Part shown: piece after piece, positions 28,496 through 37,738 of the stretch
Layout: each line of letters opens with the position of its first letter
Position numbering within the stretch: the stretch's first letter is position 1
NCBI GenBank assembly: GCA_965208125.1
Contig: OZ242320.1
Location: 3,200,001-3,264,000, forward strand
Source: Candidatus Latescibacterota bacterium
Lineage (GTDB): Bacteria; Latescibacterota; UBA2968
Direction of reading: 5' to 3'
DNA: 64,000 nt
Notes under the pieces: generated by a model
Seen by the model: the letters and a program-made list of their open reading frames with translations, nothing else
Told to the model about the DNA's origin: nothing
The model's database searches: none
Position numbers and translations under genes: made by a program

Positions 28496-29206
28496 ATGAG
28501 CATCTTTCAACGTCTCTTCAGTGTGGGCAAGGCCGAAGTCCATTCGGCCATTGACAAATTTGAAGATCCGATAAAAATGACCGAACAGGGTATCCGCGAT
28601 CTGAAAAATGATCTCAATAGCGCGATGACCAGTCTGGCTGAGGTCAAAGGGCAGGCCATTCGATTGCGAAAGCAGGCCGAAGATAACAAAAAGGCGTCTG
28701 CTGACTGGGAGCGTAAGGCCATGGTTTTGCTCCAAAAAGCCCAGAGCGGTGAGCTGGATGCTGGGGAAGCAGACCGGTTGGCAACCGAAGCCCTCAGTCG
28801 CAAATCAGAGGCCGATAACCGCATTTCTCAGTTTGAGCAGGATGCCCAGATGCAGGAAGATATGGCCACGAAGCTTCAAAGTCAGGTGGAGAAACTCAAA
28901 TCTACCATTGCAACACACGAAAATGAACTCATTTCACTGCGCGCGCGGGCAAAAACAGCCGCTGCGACGAAGAAAATCAACAAGCAACTCGCCAAAGTCG
29001 ATTCGTCTGGTACAATTGCCATGCTCGAGCGCATGAAAGAACGGGTTGAAGAAGATGAATCGCTCTCGCAGGCTTATGGCGAAATAGCCGGTGAATCCAA
29101 GAGCGTTGATGAGGAGATTGACGCGGCCCTGAGTACTTCATCGAGCGGCACAGATCAACGCCTTGCTGAATTGAAAGCAAAGATGGGGATGACTTCGAAA
29201 GACTGA
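28496..29206 (+). CDS. pspA: PspA/IM30 (ESCRT-III-like) family protein
   Basis: MSIFQRL amphipathic N-terminus, EDPIKM.EQ.IRD, coiled coils, LAELKAKMG. Confidence 0.92.
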   Translation: MSIFQRLFSVGKAEVHSAIDKFEDPIKMTEQGIRDLKNDLNSAMTSLAEVKGQAIRLRKQAEDNKKASADWERKAMVLLQKAQSGELDAGEADRLATEALSRKSEADNRISQFEQDAQMQEDMATKLQSQVEKLKSTIATHENELISLRARAKTAAATKKINKQLAKVDSSGTIAMLERMKERVEEDESLSQAYGEIAGESKSVDEEIDAALSTSSSGTDQRLAELKAKMGMTSKD

Positions 29207-29287
29207 TCATAGGTGTGCCTGTGGGTGAGGCACTGGCGCACCCGTTCTATGCTGTCGCAGAAGGTTCATGGGTTGCATGGAGAGAAA

Positions 29288-29833
29288 ATGAATTGGAATC
29301 CTTTTAAGAAAAAGAAACAAGAACCCGAAGCTCTCGATCCCCTCAATGTTACGCTGTCCGATCTCAAGCAGGGTTATGTCCTCGACTACGATCTCAAAAC
29401 CTGGCAGGTTACAGCGCAGCATTATTACGATTACGAAGGTGATCGCGTGGATGAATGGGAACTTACCTGCGGCGATGATGTGGCATATCTCGAGCGGTCA
29501 GAAGACGATAGTATTTCCTGGGCCCTGACGCGCAAGATCCCCCTTTCCGATATTGAGGGCGATATCCGTGGGCATATGCGCGACCACGACAATGATGATC
29601 CTCCAGATGAAGTTAGATGCCAGGGGATTATGTTCTATGGCGTATCGTCAGCCGTTGGATCTTTTTACAAAGATGGCGGGGACGAGGGACAAAAGTTTAT
29701 CATCTGGAATTATCTCGACGAGTCGGAGGAACACACCCTATCCATTGAGCAATGGGACGAAGACGCTTTTGATGCTGCGGTGGGTGAGATTGTCGAAGAA
29801 TATCAATTTAGCAATATCCTGCCAGTAGATTAA
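29288..29833 (+). CDS. DUF4178-like protein
   Basis: Acidic beta-rich protein (YDLKTWQV, DEWEL, YLE, WNYLD, LSIEQWD); start MNWNPF after GGAG. Confidence 0.65.
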   Translation: MNWNPFKKKKQEPEALDPLNVTLSDLKQGYVLDYDLKTWQVTAQHYYDYEGDRVDEWELTCGDDVAYLERSEDDSISWALTRKIPLSDIEGDIRGHMRDHDNDDPPDEVRCQGIMFYGVSSAVGSFYKDGGDEGQKFIIWNYLDESEEHTLSIEQWDEDAFDAAVGEIVEEYQFSNILPVD

Positions 29834-29838
29834 TATCT

Positions 29839-31374
29839 TTACTCAAACCCCCATTCTGATTTCCGATAGTATCGATCTACTGTCGGCTCCATTTCTGTGC
29901 TGACCTCAATTGCATGTTTTTCATCGAACATGCCCTTCCAGAAGTGCAACATTCCCCGCATTGCTTCTGCATCCAAAAATTGCGTTTCAATATTCTCAAA
30001 AGTGAGTTGCCGCATTCGGTGAATGAGGTCCTCTTCGTATATTTCTTCGGATTTCATTCCCAATACCCATCCCCAATCGCCCATCGTCGGTATATAGGTG
30101 TGATAGGGGATTGTCGAAAAGTTAGCGTCTGCCATCGTGCGTTCAATGCACAGAAATGCAAGGCGCGCGTTAAGAGGACTCGATGCCTGGGTTACCAGTA
30201 CGCCGTCGGGTGTTAAGTGACGCGCACACAGGCGATAGAATTCCCGCGAATACAATCTGGCGAGGTCCGGTCCTTTGGGATCGGGCAAGTCGATGATGAT
30301 GATATTGAATAATGCTTCTGAACGCGTCAAGAATGCGCCCGCATCGCCAATTACCACGTTTACACGCGGGTCGTCCAGTGCCCGCGTATTCGCTTCTACA
30401 AAAACCGGGTGTGTGCGCGCCAGATCGATTATCGCTTTGTCTAAATCTACCAGCGTGACTGCTTGTACATCTGCATATTTTACGACTTCGCGCACAGCCA
30501 GTCCATCCCCCCCGCCTAAGATGAGTACGTTCTTCCGCGACCCCGATAGTTTCATAGCCGGATGTACCAGCGATTCGTGATAGCGTTCTTCGTCATAGGT
30601 GCTGAATTGCACATTGCCATTTAAGTGCAGCCAGTGATGGCCTTTCCATTCTGTTATGACAATGCGTTGATAAGCGGTCTGATCTTGATAGACCACGCGG
30701 TCGCGATACCGGCTTTGTTCACCCCATATTACAATGGGACGGATATAAAGTCCCAATACCAGAAGGCCTGTGCCCAGGATCCAGAATGCCGTCAATAGCA
30801 GCCAGCGACGCGCCAATAAGTGTCGATATTGCCACAGTAATACCGATGCTACGACAAAGTTAATTGCGCCCAGTGCCAGCGGTGTGTACGTCAGGCCCAA
30901 TTCTGGCAATAAAAAAAAGGCGAACAATAGTCCGCCGATCAACGCGCCAAAATAGTCTTTTTCCATTACTGAGGCGATATTGGTGCGCAAATCCTGATAC
31001 GCTTCGTTCATGCGCGCGACCAGCGGAATTTCCATGCCGATTAGCACGCCGATGGCAAAAGCATAGATATAGATGAAAACGCCTGCCGATAACACAAATG
31101 CCGATCCAAAATACGCTACGACCGCACAGGTGGCGCACAGGACTGAGAGATAAAATTCGATTGCGATAAAGCGGTCCAGCAACCTGTCCGTCAACAATCG
31201 GCTCCATCGGCTGCCCAATCCCATGGCAAATAACATCAGCGACATGAGTACCGCCCACTGCAATGTCGTGTTGCCCAATAGATAGCTCGCCAGTGTTGAC
31301 AATGTAAATTCCGCTACAATGCCGGCACATCCCGTGGCGAATATACAGGCTTTTAAGAGATAGCTCTGTCGCAT
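29839..31374 (-). CDS. speE: Polyamine aminopropyltransferase (membrane-anchored spermidine synthase)
   Basis: About 7 N-terminal TM helices, then QFSTYDEERYHESLVHP, LILGGGDG, DLPDP, LYSREFY. Confidence 0.9.
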   Translation of the reverse strand: MRQSYLLKACIFATGCAGIVAEFTLSTLASYLLGNTTLQWAVLMSLMLFAMGLGSRWSRLLTDRLLDRFIAIEFYLSVLCATCAVVAYFGSAFVLSAGVFIYIYAFAIGVLIGMEIPLVARMNEAYQDLRTNIASVMEKDYFGALIGGLLFAFFLLPELGLTYTPLALGAINFVVASVLLWQYRHLLARRWLLLTAFWILGTGLLVLGLYIRPIVIWGEQSRYRDRVVYQDQTAYQRIVITEWKGHHWLHLNGNVQFSTYDEERYHESLVHPAMKLSGSRKNVLILGGGDGLAVREVVKYADVQAVTLVDLDKAIIDLARTHPVFVEANTRALDDPRVNVVIGDAGAFLTRSEALFNIIIIDLPDPKGPDLARLYSREFYRLCARHLTPDGVLVTQASSPLNARLAFLCIERTMADANFSTIPYHTYIPTMGDWGWVLGMKSEEIYEEDLIHRMRQLTFENIETQFLDAEAMRGMLHFWKGMFDEKHAIEVSTEMEPTVDRYYRKSEWGFE

Positions 31375-31415
31375 AAAAAATAAACAACTCGGCGAGTTTT
31401 CAGCCCGCCGAGTTG
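31375..31415 (-). terminator. Terminator-like hairpin directly before the speE ATG
   Basis: Minus strand CAACTCGGCG-ggctgaaaact-CGCCGAGTTG-TTTATTTTTT-ATG. Confidence 0.6.
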
Positions 31416-31440
31416 GAGAGATTCAACACAACTTTCTTTT

Positions 31441-32286
31441 TCACAAACTCCACACAATCAGGAACGATGCGCCGACGTAAGATGTGGCTTCGATAAAGCC
31501 CGCGCCGAGATTGGGATGTTCTTGATTGGCGATTTCATCGGTCAGTTTTTGTCCAGGTAAGAGGATTACATCGGAGATGAATCGGACGATGGGTAGCAAG
31601 ATCAATCCCGCGACGACTTCGATTGCAAAGTCCTGTAAATTTACAGTCCAGGAAATAAAATTGCCCGCCGATGCGTGAAACACGATGATGCCAATGCCGA
31701 CTAATGCACCCGCAAACGCGACGCCTGCGGCGACGTTGTCTTTTTCGATTTCATCGTGAATGCTATACGGGGTAATCAATTCGTACACCAGCCCGGCCAG
31801 TACCAGAGCTACCTGACCCAATGCCCAGAAAATCACGGTTGTCACAATTCCGCCAATCTCACCCGATACCGCGCCAAAGATCACCAATCCAGTTGCTATG
31901 TACGACGCGGCAATCACAGCACCGGTGCCCGCGTTTTGATCGTCGATTAATTCATCCCGAATTTTGAATCCGTGCAGGATCACTCCGTCGTTGACCAGAC
32001 GCGAGAGATTTAGCAAGATGATCGCCAGCAATCCGTATATGCCGATGTCGATCAAATCGTTTTCCAATCCCTGAGATGGGCCAGATAGGGTGCCGCCGAT
32101 GGCCATGATCAATCCGAAGTAATATCCCGCCATGGCTACACCCAGTGCGACGTTGTCTTTTTCTACGAGTTCTTCTCGCACGCTGTAACTCGTTGTCGTC
32201 AAGTCCTTGACCAATTTGCCGATCCAGAATAACACAAACGCGCTGATGAGGTAAATACCCGTTGCGATTAAGTCCTGTCCTATCAT
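31441..32286 (-). CDS. DUF350 family membrane protein (tandem repeats)
   Basis: Repeated motifs EELVEKDNVALG, DELIDDQNAGTG, DEIEKDNVAAG, DEIANQEHPNLGAG; start MIGQD with ATGA coupling. Confidence 0.8.
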   Translation of the reverse strand: MIGQDLIATGIYLISAFVLFWIGKLVKDLTTTSYSVREELVEKDNVALGVAMAGYYFGLIMAIGGTLSGPSQGLENDLIDIGIYGLLAIILLNLSRLVNDGVILHGFKIRDELIDDQNAGTGAVIAASYIATGLVIFGAVSGEIGGIVTTVIFWALGQVALVLAGLVYELITPYSIHDEIEKDNVAAGVAFAGALVGIGIIVFHASAGNFISWTVNLQDFAIEVVAGLILLPIVRFISDVILLPGQKLTDEIANQEHPNLGAGFIEATSYVGASFLIVWSL

Positions 32287-33014
32287 TTTCCAAACCCTCC
32301 AAAACTGCGGCTGCCAAATCCAGATCGGCTGCGACTCGTTGAACGCGAACTGCCAAATCCACTGCGGCTCTGGCTTGCGCGACTTTGCACTTTTTGTGTG
32401 AATGATTGTCTCTTTTGCGCTATGTTTGCCTGGCGCCGCTGGAATGTCGTTGGTTTTTGTTTCTGGGTGACAGATCCCTGCGTGCCATATTCCCGATTGC
32501 GTCCGTAATACGGACGCTGATCTCGGCGATAAGACCGATAATCGTCGTAATCGTAGCGACTCATGCCAAATCCGCCGCCCCAACCGAGCAAATGACTCAT
32601 GAGCGCGTATTGGCCGTAGAATTCCCAGAACGATGTGCCCCCGCGATCCGTCCAACGCCCGTAGCTCGGATTGCCCACATAGTGGTATCCGGGAGGATGT
32701 GGCGTGTTGTTGACGCCATCTTGCTCCGATTTGGCAACGAGCGCCATCCCCAAAAACGGTTCGTATTTTCGATAGATGGATTCCGATACTTCTATCCAGT
32801 CCGATTGTACCTGTTTTTCGCCCTGGCTAATTAGATACCGGTGATAATACGTGGTGAAAAGAGAGCCTTCTTCACGCATGTCATCCAGTACAATCATATA
32901 TGCCGGCGCCGAGGCCAGCGATTTTTGCATTTCAACGACGGGATCGCGTTCGCCGCCGCACCCGGATAATAACAGCAGGCCGATCAGCAAGACCGGCAGT
33001 CGTCCTCGTGTCAT
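32283..33014 (-). CDS. Lipoprotein with a Tyr/Gly/Arg/Ser-rich low-complexity C-terminus
   Basis: Lipobox LSGC; PPGYHYVGNPSYGRW...FWEFYGQY; tail SRSGFGSSRSTSRSRSGFGSRSFGGFGK; AGGAGG RBS. Confidence 0.8.
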   Translation of the reverse strand: MTRGRLPVLLIGLLLLSGCGGERDPVVEMQKSLASAPAYMIVLDDMREEGSLFTTYYHRYLISQGEKQVQSDWIEVSESIYRKYEPFLGMALVAKSEQDGVNNTPHPPGYHYVGNPSYGRWTDRGGTSFWEFYGQYALMSHLLGWGGGFGMSRYDYDDYRSYRRDQRPYYGRNREYGTQGSVTQKQKPTTFQRRQANIAQKRQSFTQKVQSRASQSRSGFGSSRSTSRSRSGFGSRSFGGFGK

Positions 33015-33066
33015 AATTTCCTCCTTTGTTTTATGTAAGATACCTCAATATCAGTTTTGTGCAATA

Positions 33067-34530
33067 CTATCTCGGGTCTTCGGGTAATTGTGAGAAGTCG
33101 AATTCGTTTACGGTATCAATGTCTGGCGCGAATGGGGGGATGGCGTGGGGGATATGGCTGTGCCCACAGCGTGCGATGAGTGCTCGGGCGCGTGTTTGTC
33201 GTTCTGCTTGTTGCAAGATGTCATCGGCAGACCAGCGTGCAAAGATTTTTTCGAGGCCCGATTGGATCACGTCTTGATACCGGGGATCATTGGATAGGTC
33301 GCGGCGTTCTTCGGGGTCTTCGTCGATGTTGAACAATTGGCAGGAGTCAAATTCGGAGTAGTAGTTCAATTTCCACGGTCCCGTGCGGAGCATGCACGCG
33401 GGCTGGTCGCCGAGCAAGCCGATGTATTCTGCAAAGACTTCATTGGGCCAGTCCGATGGTGGATCGCCTGTGAGGAATGGGGCGAAACTTTTTCCGGAGA
33501 CATCGGGCATGGGGTCAGCGCCTGCAATGTCCAGAGCCGTGGGGCCTGCGTCGATGAGGCTGACGATGGCATCTTCTGTGTGGTTTTCGCGAAGATGACC
33601 CGGCCATGAGCAGATCAAGGGAATGCCTACAGAGCCTTCGTAAAAGCTGCTTTTCCACCACATGCCGTGTTCGTGGGCCATGTCGCCGTGGTCTGAGGTG
33701 TAGATGATGACGGTATTGTCCGCATCGGAGGAGGATTGTACAGTGTCAATGATTTGACCGATGTATCGGTCGAGTTCGGTTGTCAGGCCGTAATACGCGG
33801 CTAACCCTCGGCGGTTCTGTTCTGGGGTTATGTCTTCAACGCCGCGTCTTTCGCGCCATTTTTTCATGGCTGGATGCAGGGCGTTTAAGTATTCGGGCGA
33901 TTCGGGCTCGAGCGGTGGGATTTGCGCCATGTAATACTCGAAGTCTTCTCTGCCGCAGATGAGGGGATTGTGGGGGTTGATGTAGCCTACGACGAGGGCA
34001 TAAGGTCTGTCGTCCTCTTGACGGTCGGCGATGAATTTGCAGGTTGTTTCGGTGACGGATTTGTCAAAGTAGCGATAGCCCGTTTCGCCATAGCCGGATA
34101 CCTGGACGCCGTATTTGGTCTGTCCCGTTGTGCGGTTGTATCCAGAGCCGAGAATTTCTGCGGATAGCCCGCCGCAGTCGGCGTGGATGCGTTTTTCAAA
34201 GCCGTGGAATTGGTCGGGGTTTCTAAAGTGCATGCGACCGCATAGTACGGCTTCGTATCCCGCTGCGCCAAATGCATGGGCGAATGTGGGGGTGTCAAAA
34301 GACAGGCTGCCGCTGTTGTCATAGACGCCCACGTCGCTGGGGTACTGCGCGGACATGAAGCCCGACCGCGAAGGCGCGCAGAGGGGATAGGGACAATACG
34401 CATTGCGAAACCGGACTCCACTGCGGGCGAGCGCGTCCAGGTTGGGCGTTTGCACAATGGGATTTCCCGCACATCCCATTGCATGGGGATTGTGCTGGTC
34501 GGAGATTATGAGGATTATGTTGGGAGTCAT
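33067..34530 (-). CDS. Cys-type sulfatase (choline-sulfatase-like)
   Basis: PNIILIISDQH, CAPSR, GRMH, SDHGDM, WWKSSFYE. Confidence 0.9.
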   Translation of the reverse strand: MTPNIILIISDQHNPHAMGCAGNPIVQTPNLDALARSGVRFRNAYCPYPLCAPSRSGFMSAQYPSDVGVYDNSGSLSFDTPTFAHAFGAAGYEAVLCGRMHFRNPDQFHGFEKRIHADCGGLSAEILGSGYNRTTGQTKYGVQVSGYGETGYRYFDKSVTETTCKFIADRQEDDRPYALVVGYINPHNPLICGREDFEYYMAQIPPLEPESPEYLNALHPAMKKWRERRGVEDITPEQNRRGLAAYYGLTTELDRYIGQIIDTVQSSSDADNTVIIYTSDHGDMAHEHGMWWKSSFYEGSVGIPLICSWPGHLRENHTEDAIVSLIDAGPTALDIAGADPMPDVSGKSFAPFLTGDPPSDWPNEVFAEYIGLLGDQPACMLRTGPWKLNYYSEFDSCQLFNIDEDPEERRDLSNDPRYQDVIQSGLEKIFARWSADDILQQAERQTRARALIARCGHSHIPHAIPPFAPDIDTVNEFDFSQLPEDPR

Positions 34531-34691
34531 AAAATTAAGAATTAAGCATTAAGGAGCGGTGTACAACTGGCCGCCGTCCAGACCAGTTCATTGAGAATTG
34601 ATACATCTACATCCATGTAGAAGCGATCTCCGGTCTCGTATTCTTAGACCAGAAAATGGCCTCGCGCGTTCCAGACTGATCAATTCCGACC

Positions 34692-35399
34692 CTATTTTTT
34701 ATCATTCCCGTTATACAGTCCCTCTCCGCGCACGAGCAGGCGTTTGGGGTTGGGAATGTCCATGAGTTCATCGACGCTGTGATAGCCTACTGTCATGCTC
34801 ATGCGCGTGTCGTCGGTGTGGTTTTCGCCTGCGCCGTGGACGACCATGCTGTCGATTGCGAGCATTCCACCTGCGGGCATGGGGACGGGGAGTGCTTGAC
34901 CGAGGACATCGCTTGCCCAGTCTGCATCGTGAATAGATGTGGAGACGCCGGGGAAGTGATGCGATCCGGGTACAATGCGGGTGCATCCATTTTCGAGGGT
35001 GGTTTCTTCGAGGTAAAAGATGATGGTGTAGATGTTGCGCGTCCACTGTCTGACATCGCGATGAAGATACGCGCCTTTGTTGTCCTGTGCTGTGCGCAAG
35101 GTGGCGTGGTTGTGGCGGTTGGTGAGGATTTCGATGTTGGGTCCCAAAAGCGATTCGAGCGGGTCGAGTGCGAATGGATGCGTGACTGCTTCTCGGAAGA
35201 TCGGCGCGCGGTCCATAAGGGCAGAGATGCGCACGGCGTGGCCATCCTTATTGCGTACGATGGGTTCGACTTTGCGGTCAATGTCTTCCATGATAGCGGT
35301 CTTTAAATTTTCAACCATTTCTTCTGGCAAAGAGTCTGGGAAGCAGAGAAAACCGTTGTTTCGGAAGAGCTGGATTTGTCGCATGGTGAGTGAGGGCAT
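34692..35399 (-). CDS. PhyH family Fe(II)/2-oxoglutarate dioxygenase (canonical HxD...H)
   Basis: LHRD, ENGCTRIVPGSH, VHGAGEN, R.S. Confidence 0.88.
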   Translation of the reverse strand: MPSLTMRQIQLFRNNGFLCFPDSLPEEMVENLKTAIMEDIDRKVEPIVRNKDGHAVRISALMDRAPIFREAVTHPFALDPLESLLGPNIEILTNRHNHATLRTAQDNKGAYLHRDVRQWTRNIYTIIFYLEETTLENGCTRIVPGSHHFPGVSTSIHDADWASDVLGQALPVPMPAGGMLAIDSMVVHGAGENHTDDTRMSMTVGYHSVDELMDIPNPKRLLVRGEGLYNGNDKK

Positions 35400-35402
35400 G
35401 TG

Positions 35403-36152
35403 CTACTCCTGAACGGGAAGAGAATAGGGGTGTGGATGTCCCGTATAGACTTTTTCGCCGCGTACGAGAACTTTTTCAGGGTCGTCTTTGATCACATCGT
35501 GGGCGTCGTGGGCGCGATAGGCAACCGTCATGCTGCGGCGAGAATGATCGGAATGATTTGTGTCAGAGCCGTGATAACAGCAGTCGTTAAAGAGCAGTAC
35601 GCCACCGCGCGGCATGGGGATTGGCACTGCGCGGTAATAGTTGTCGCTGTCGTAAAAGTTGTCTCTTTGTTTCTGCGGTCGGCGCGGGTTGAGAAATGGC
35701 CGGTTGTGGCTGCCGGGCACGATGCGCACACAGCCGTTTTCAACGGTTGATTCTTCGAGGTAGATCAAGCCGGTGATGAGCGTGTGGTCATAGGGTTCTT
35801 CACCGGCGTGCCAGGGGACGGGATAAGATCCGGATGGGCGCACCATGACGTGGTTGTGTTTGTTGGTGAGTACTTCGATGTTTGGACCGATGATGCCTTC
35901 GAGGGCGTTGAGGATGATGGGGTGAGATGCGGCTTCAAAATAGACGGGGTCTCTCAAAAAAATTTTTGAGAGACGGCGAATATTTTTCGGTTCTCGCTCC
36001 ACCTTTTCTTCCCAAACAATGGGTTCGCGCATGTCTGCAATTTGCCGGGAGGTGACTTCATTTAGACGATCGACCAGGTCGCCGGGCAGGGTTTCGCGGA
36101 TTTTGTAAAATCCCGTGGTTTTGAAATACCAGAGGTCTTCTTCTGTGATCAT
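35403..36152 (-). CDS. PhyH family Fe(II)/2-oxoglutarate enzyme with HxG iron motif (candidate halogenase)
   Basis: PWHAGE, ENGCVRIVPGSH, YHGSDTN, RRS. Confidence 0.85.
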   Translation of the reverse strand: MITEEDLWYFKTTGFYKIRETLPGDLVDRLNEVTSRQIADMREPIVWEEKVEREPKNIRRLSKIFLRDPVYFEAASHPIILNALEGIIGPNIEVLTNKHNHVMVRPSGSYPVPWHAGEEPYDHTLITGLIYLEESTVENGCVRIVPGSHNRPFLNPRRPQKQRDNFYDSDNYYRAVPIPMPRGGVLLFNDCCYHGSDTNHSDHSRRSMTVAYRAHDAHDVIKDDPEKVLVRGEKVYTGHPHPYSLPVQE

Positions 36153-36170
36153 GTTTGGGATCTCCTTGTA

Positions 36171-37523
36171 TTATCTCGGGTCCATTACTCGCCCGACAAA
36201 CAGGGTGGTATTGGTCGCTATGTCCCGGATGAGGAAGATGAATGGCCGATCGATCGCGACTCTGGGGGGCATGGATGTTACGCCTACGGTCACGGTGGTG
36301 GCCGCTGCGGCTTCTGTGCCATTCTCATTGACCAGGACGAACGCCTTGTGAAAGGCGTCCGAAATGGACAGGTCTTTTCCTCCATCCATGCCGGAGAAGT
36401 CCGCTAATTGCGGGTTAAAGGCATCAGACATTCCCATCTTCTGGAGCATTGCACCCAGCTTGAATTGCGCTTCAAATTCGAATGAAGGCATTGTGAGTTC
36501 TATGCGCTCGAGTCTCAGGTCTTTCGAAACCTGACTGATGGGTTCGGCGTTTAGCGTATTTTCAAATGGGTCAAAAGTGCCTTTGTCGGGGAGCAGGATG
36601 ACCATGGATATTTCACTGCCGTCGTAGAGCAACTCAACGGCTTGATATCCCGTACCTCTCGCATAGCCAAATAACCCGGTCTGCCGCATCATGGGGACTT
36701 TGACGCTGTTGCCAGTGAGCAAGTGGAAGTCGCCTTCAGCAGTGGCTCTTTCGTCGAAAGGGTGGAGCCAGGCGGCGTTGAAGTAGATGGCATTGGTGAG
36801 GACTAAGCGGGTCAAATTGTCGATGGCACCGGAAGGTATCAGATCTTTGATTTTCTCCTCGGTCTGCTGGGCGACCCAGTCGTTGATTGTGACTCGCGAG
36901 TTCTCGGGTGCTTCGGTGAAGTTTGCGATTCTCATTCCAGCACCGTAATTTTCAGCGAGTTTGTCCAGAAAGTCCTGCAGGAAGTTATAGCCCTGTTGTC
37001 CCCAGATTGCATTGGTGATGTTCAATCGAAACCCCTTGCCATCTTGACCGCTGCTCCCTTCGCCGCGAGAGGCGAGTTGGAGATCGAGGGCGTTGAATGC
37101 GGGGTGCAACTTGTCCTGGGACAAGATGAAGTGTAGTGCGTTTGATATCTGGCGTTCGGTTTCGCCCCTGGCACCGGCATAGGTCATGGCAAGTGCCAGC
37201 GAGATGCTGTAAGGCGAATAGAATAGGTTTCCACTTTCTTCCTCACGCAATTTTTGATACAGGCCAAAGGCGAAGTCGTTGTTCCCGCGTACCAGGTCTG
37301 ATAGCTCTGAATCTGTCGCCAGAGGTACGGTTACCCGCGTCTTTTCTGATCGCACTTCATTTGATTGTGTTTCTTCTGTCGCAGCTGTCTCGTTTGGAGG
37401 GGGTGCCGTGGGAGAGGTCTCCGGTATTTTACCGCATCCGAGTAGTGAGATTGATAGTATTATAGCAGACAGGTTGGTGAAGAGGAAAAATCCCATTCTA
37501 TATGGCTTTTGTATCATTTTCAT
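36171..37523 (-). CDS. Serpin (serine protease inhibitor), predicted lipoprotein
   Basis: NLFYSPYSI, INDWV...TEEKI, LTNAIYFNAAW, hinge ENGTEAAAAT, DRPF.F.IRD, LFVGRV.DP; lipobox LLGC. Confidence 0.93.
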   Translation of the reverse strand: MKMIQKPYRMGFFLFTNLSAIILSISLLGCGKIPETSPTAPPPNETAATEETQSNEVRSEKTRVTVPLATDSELSDLVRGNNDFAFGLYQKLREEESGNLFYSPYSISLALAMTYAGARGETERQISNALHFILSQDKLHPAFNALDLQLASRGEGSSGQDGKGFRLNITNAIWGQQGYNFLQDFLDKLAENYGAGMRIANFTEAPENSRVTINDWVAQQTEEKIKDLIPSGAIDNLTRLVLTNAIYFNAAWLHPFDERATAEGDFHLLTGNSVKVPMMRQTGLFGYARGTGYQAVELLYDGSEISMVILLPDKGTFDPFENTLNAEPISQVSKDLRLERIELTMPSFEFEAQFKLGAMLQKMGMSDAFNPQLADFSGMDGGKDLSISDAFHKAFVLVNENGTEAAAATTVTVGVTSMPPRVAIDRPFIFLIRDIATNTTLFVGRVMDPR

Positions 37524-37738
37524 TTTAGCCTCCTTGTCCCGGCTATCGTCTCAATAGATAGGTACAGAAAAATTATCTCAAATTACGGTTTAAATCAAGG
37601 TTTATTGTTCACAATGATCCGAGGTATCCATTTTTCCCAATCGGTATGCTCTCGTTTTTTCTATGAGTAACGAAAAAAATGTAGTATATTGAATTGATTA
37701 GAAGTTCTTTGTTTTTCATTTTGTGAAAGGATAGTTGT

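Noticed and set aside
29208-29251. GC-rich hairpin between pspA and DUF4178
   Set aside because: No U-tract and no recognisable RNA family; probably an mRNA-stability element
32287-32655. 123-aa N-terminal extension of the DUF350 ORF
   Set aside because: It is an alternative frame overlapping the lipoprotein gene; the coupled ATG at 32286 is the better start
29834-33042. TATCTT/AAGATA at the edges of the putatively inverted block as recombination sites
   Set aside because: A 6-bp AT-rich match is expected by chance, and no invertase is nearby
34533-34553. AATTAAG-like heptamer x3 upstream of a sulfatase (similar short repeats near 146, 22512 and 58515)
   Set aside because: Too short and degenerate to call individually; not CRISPR-like because there are no spacers
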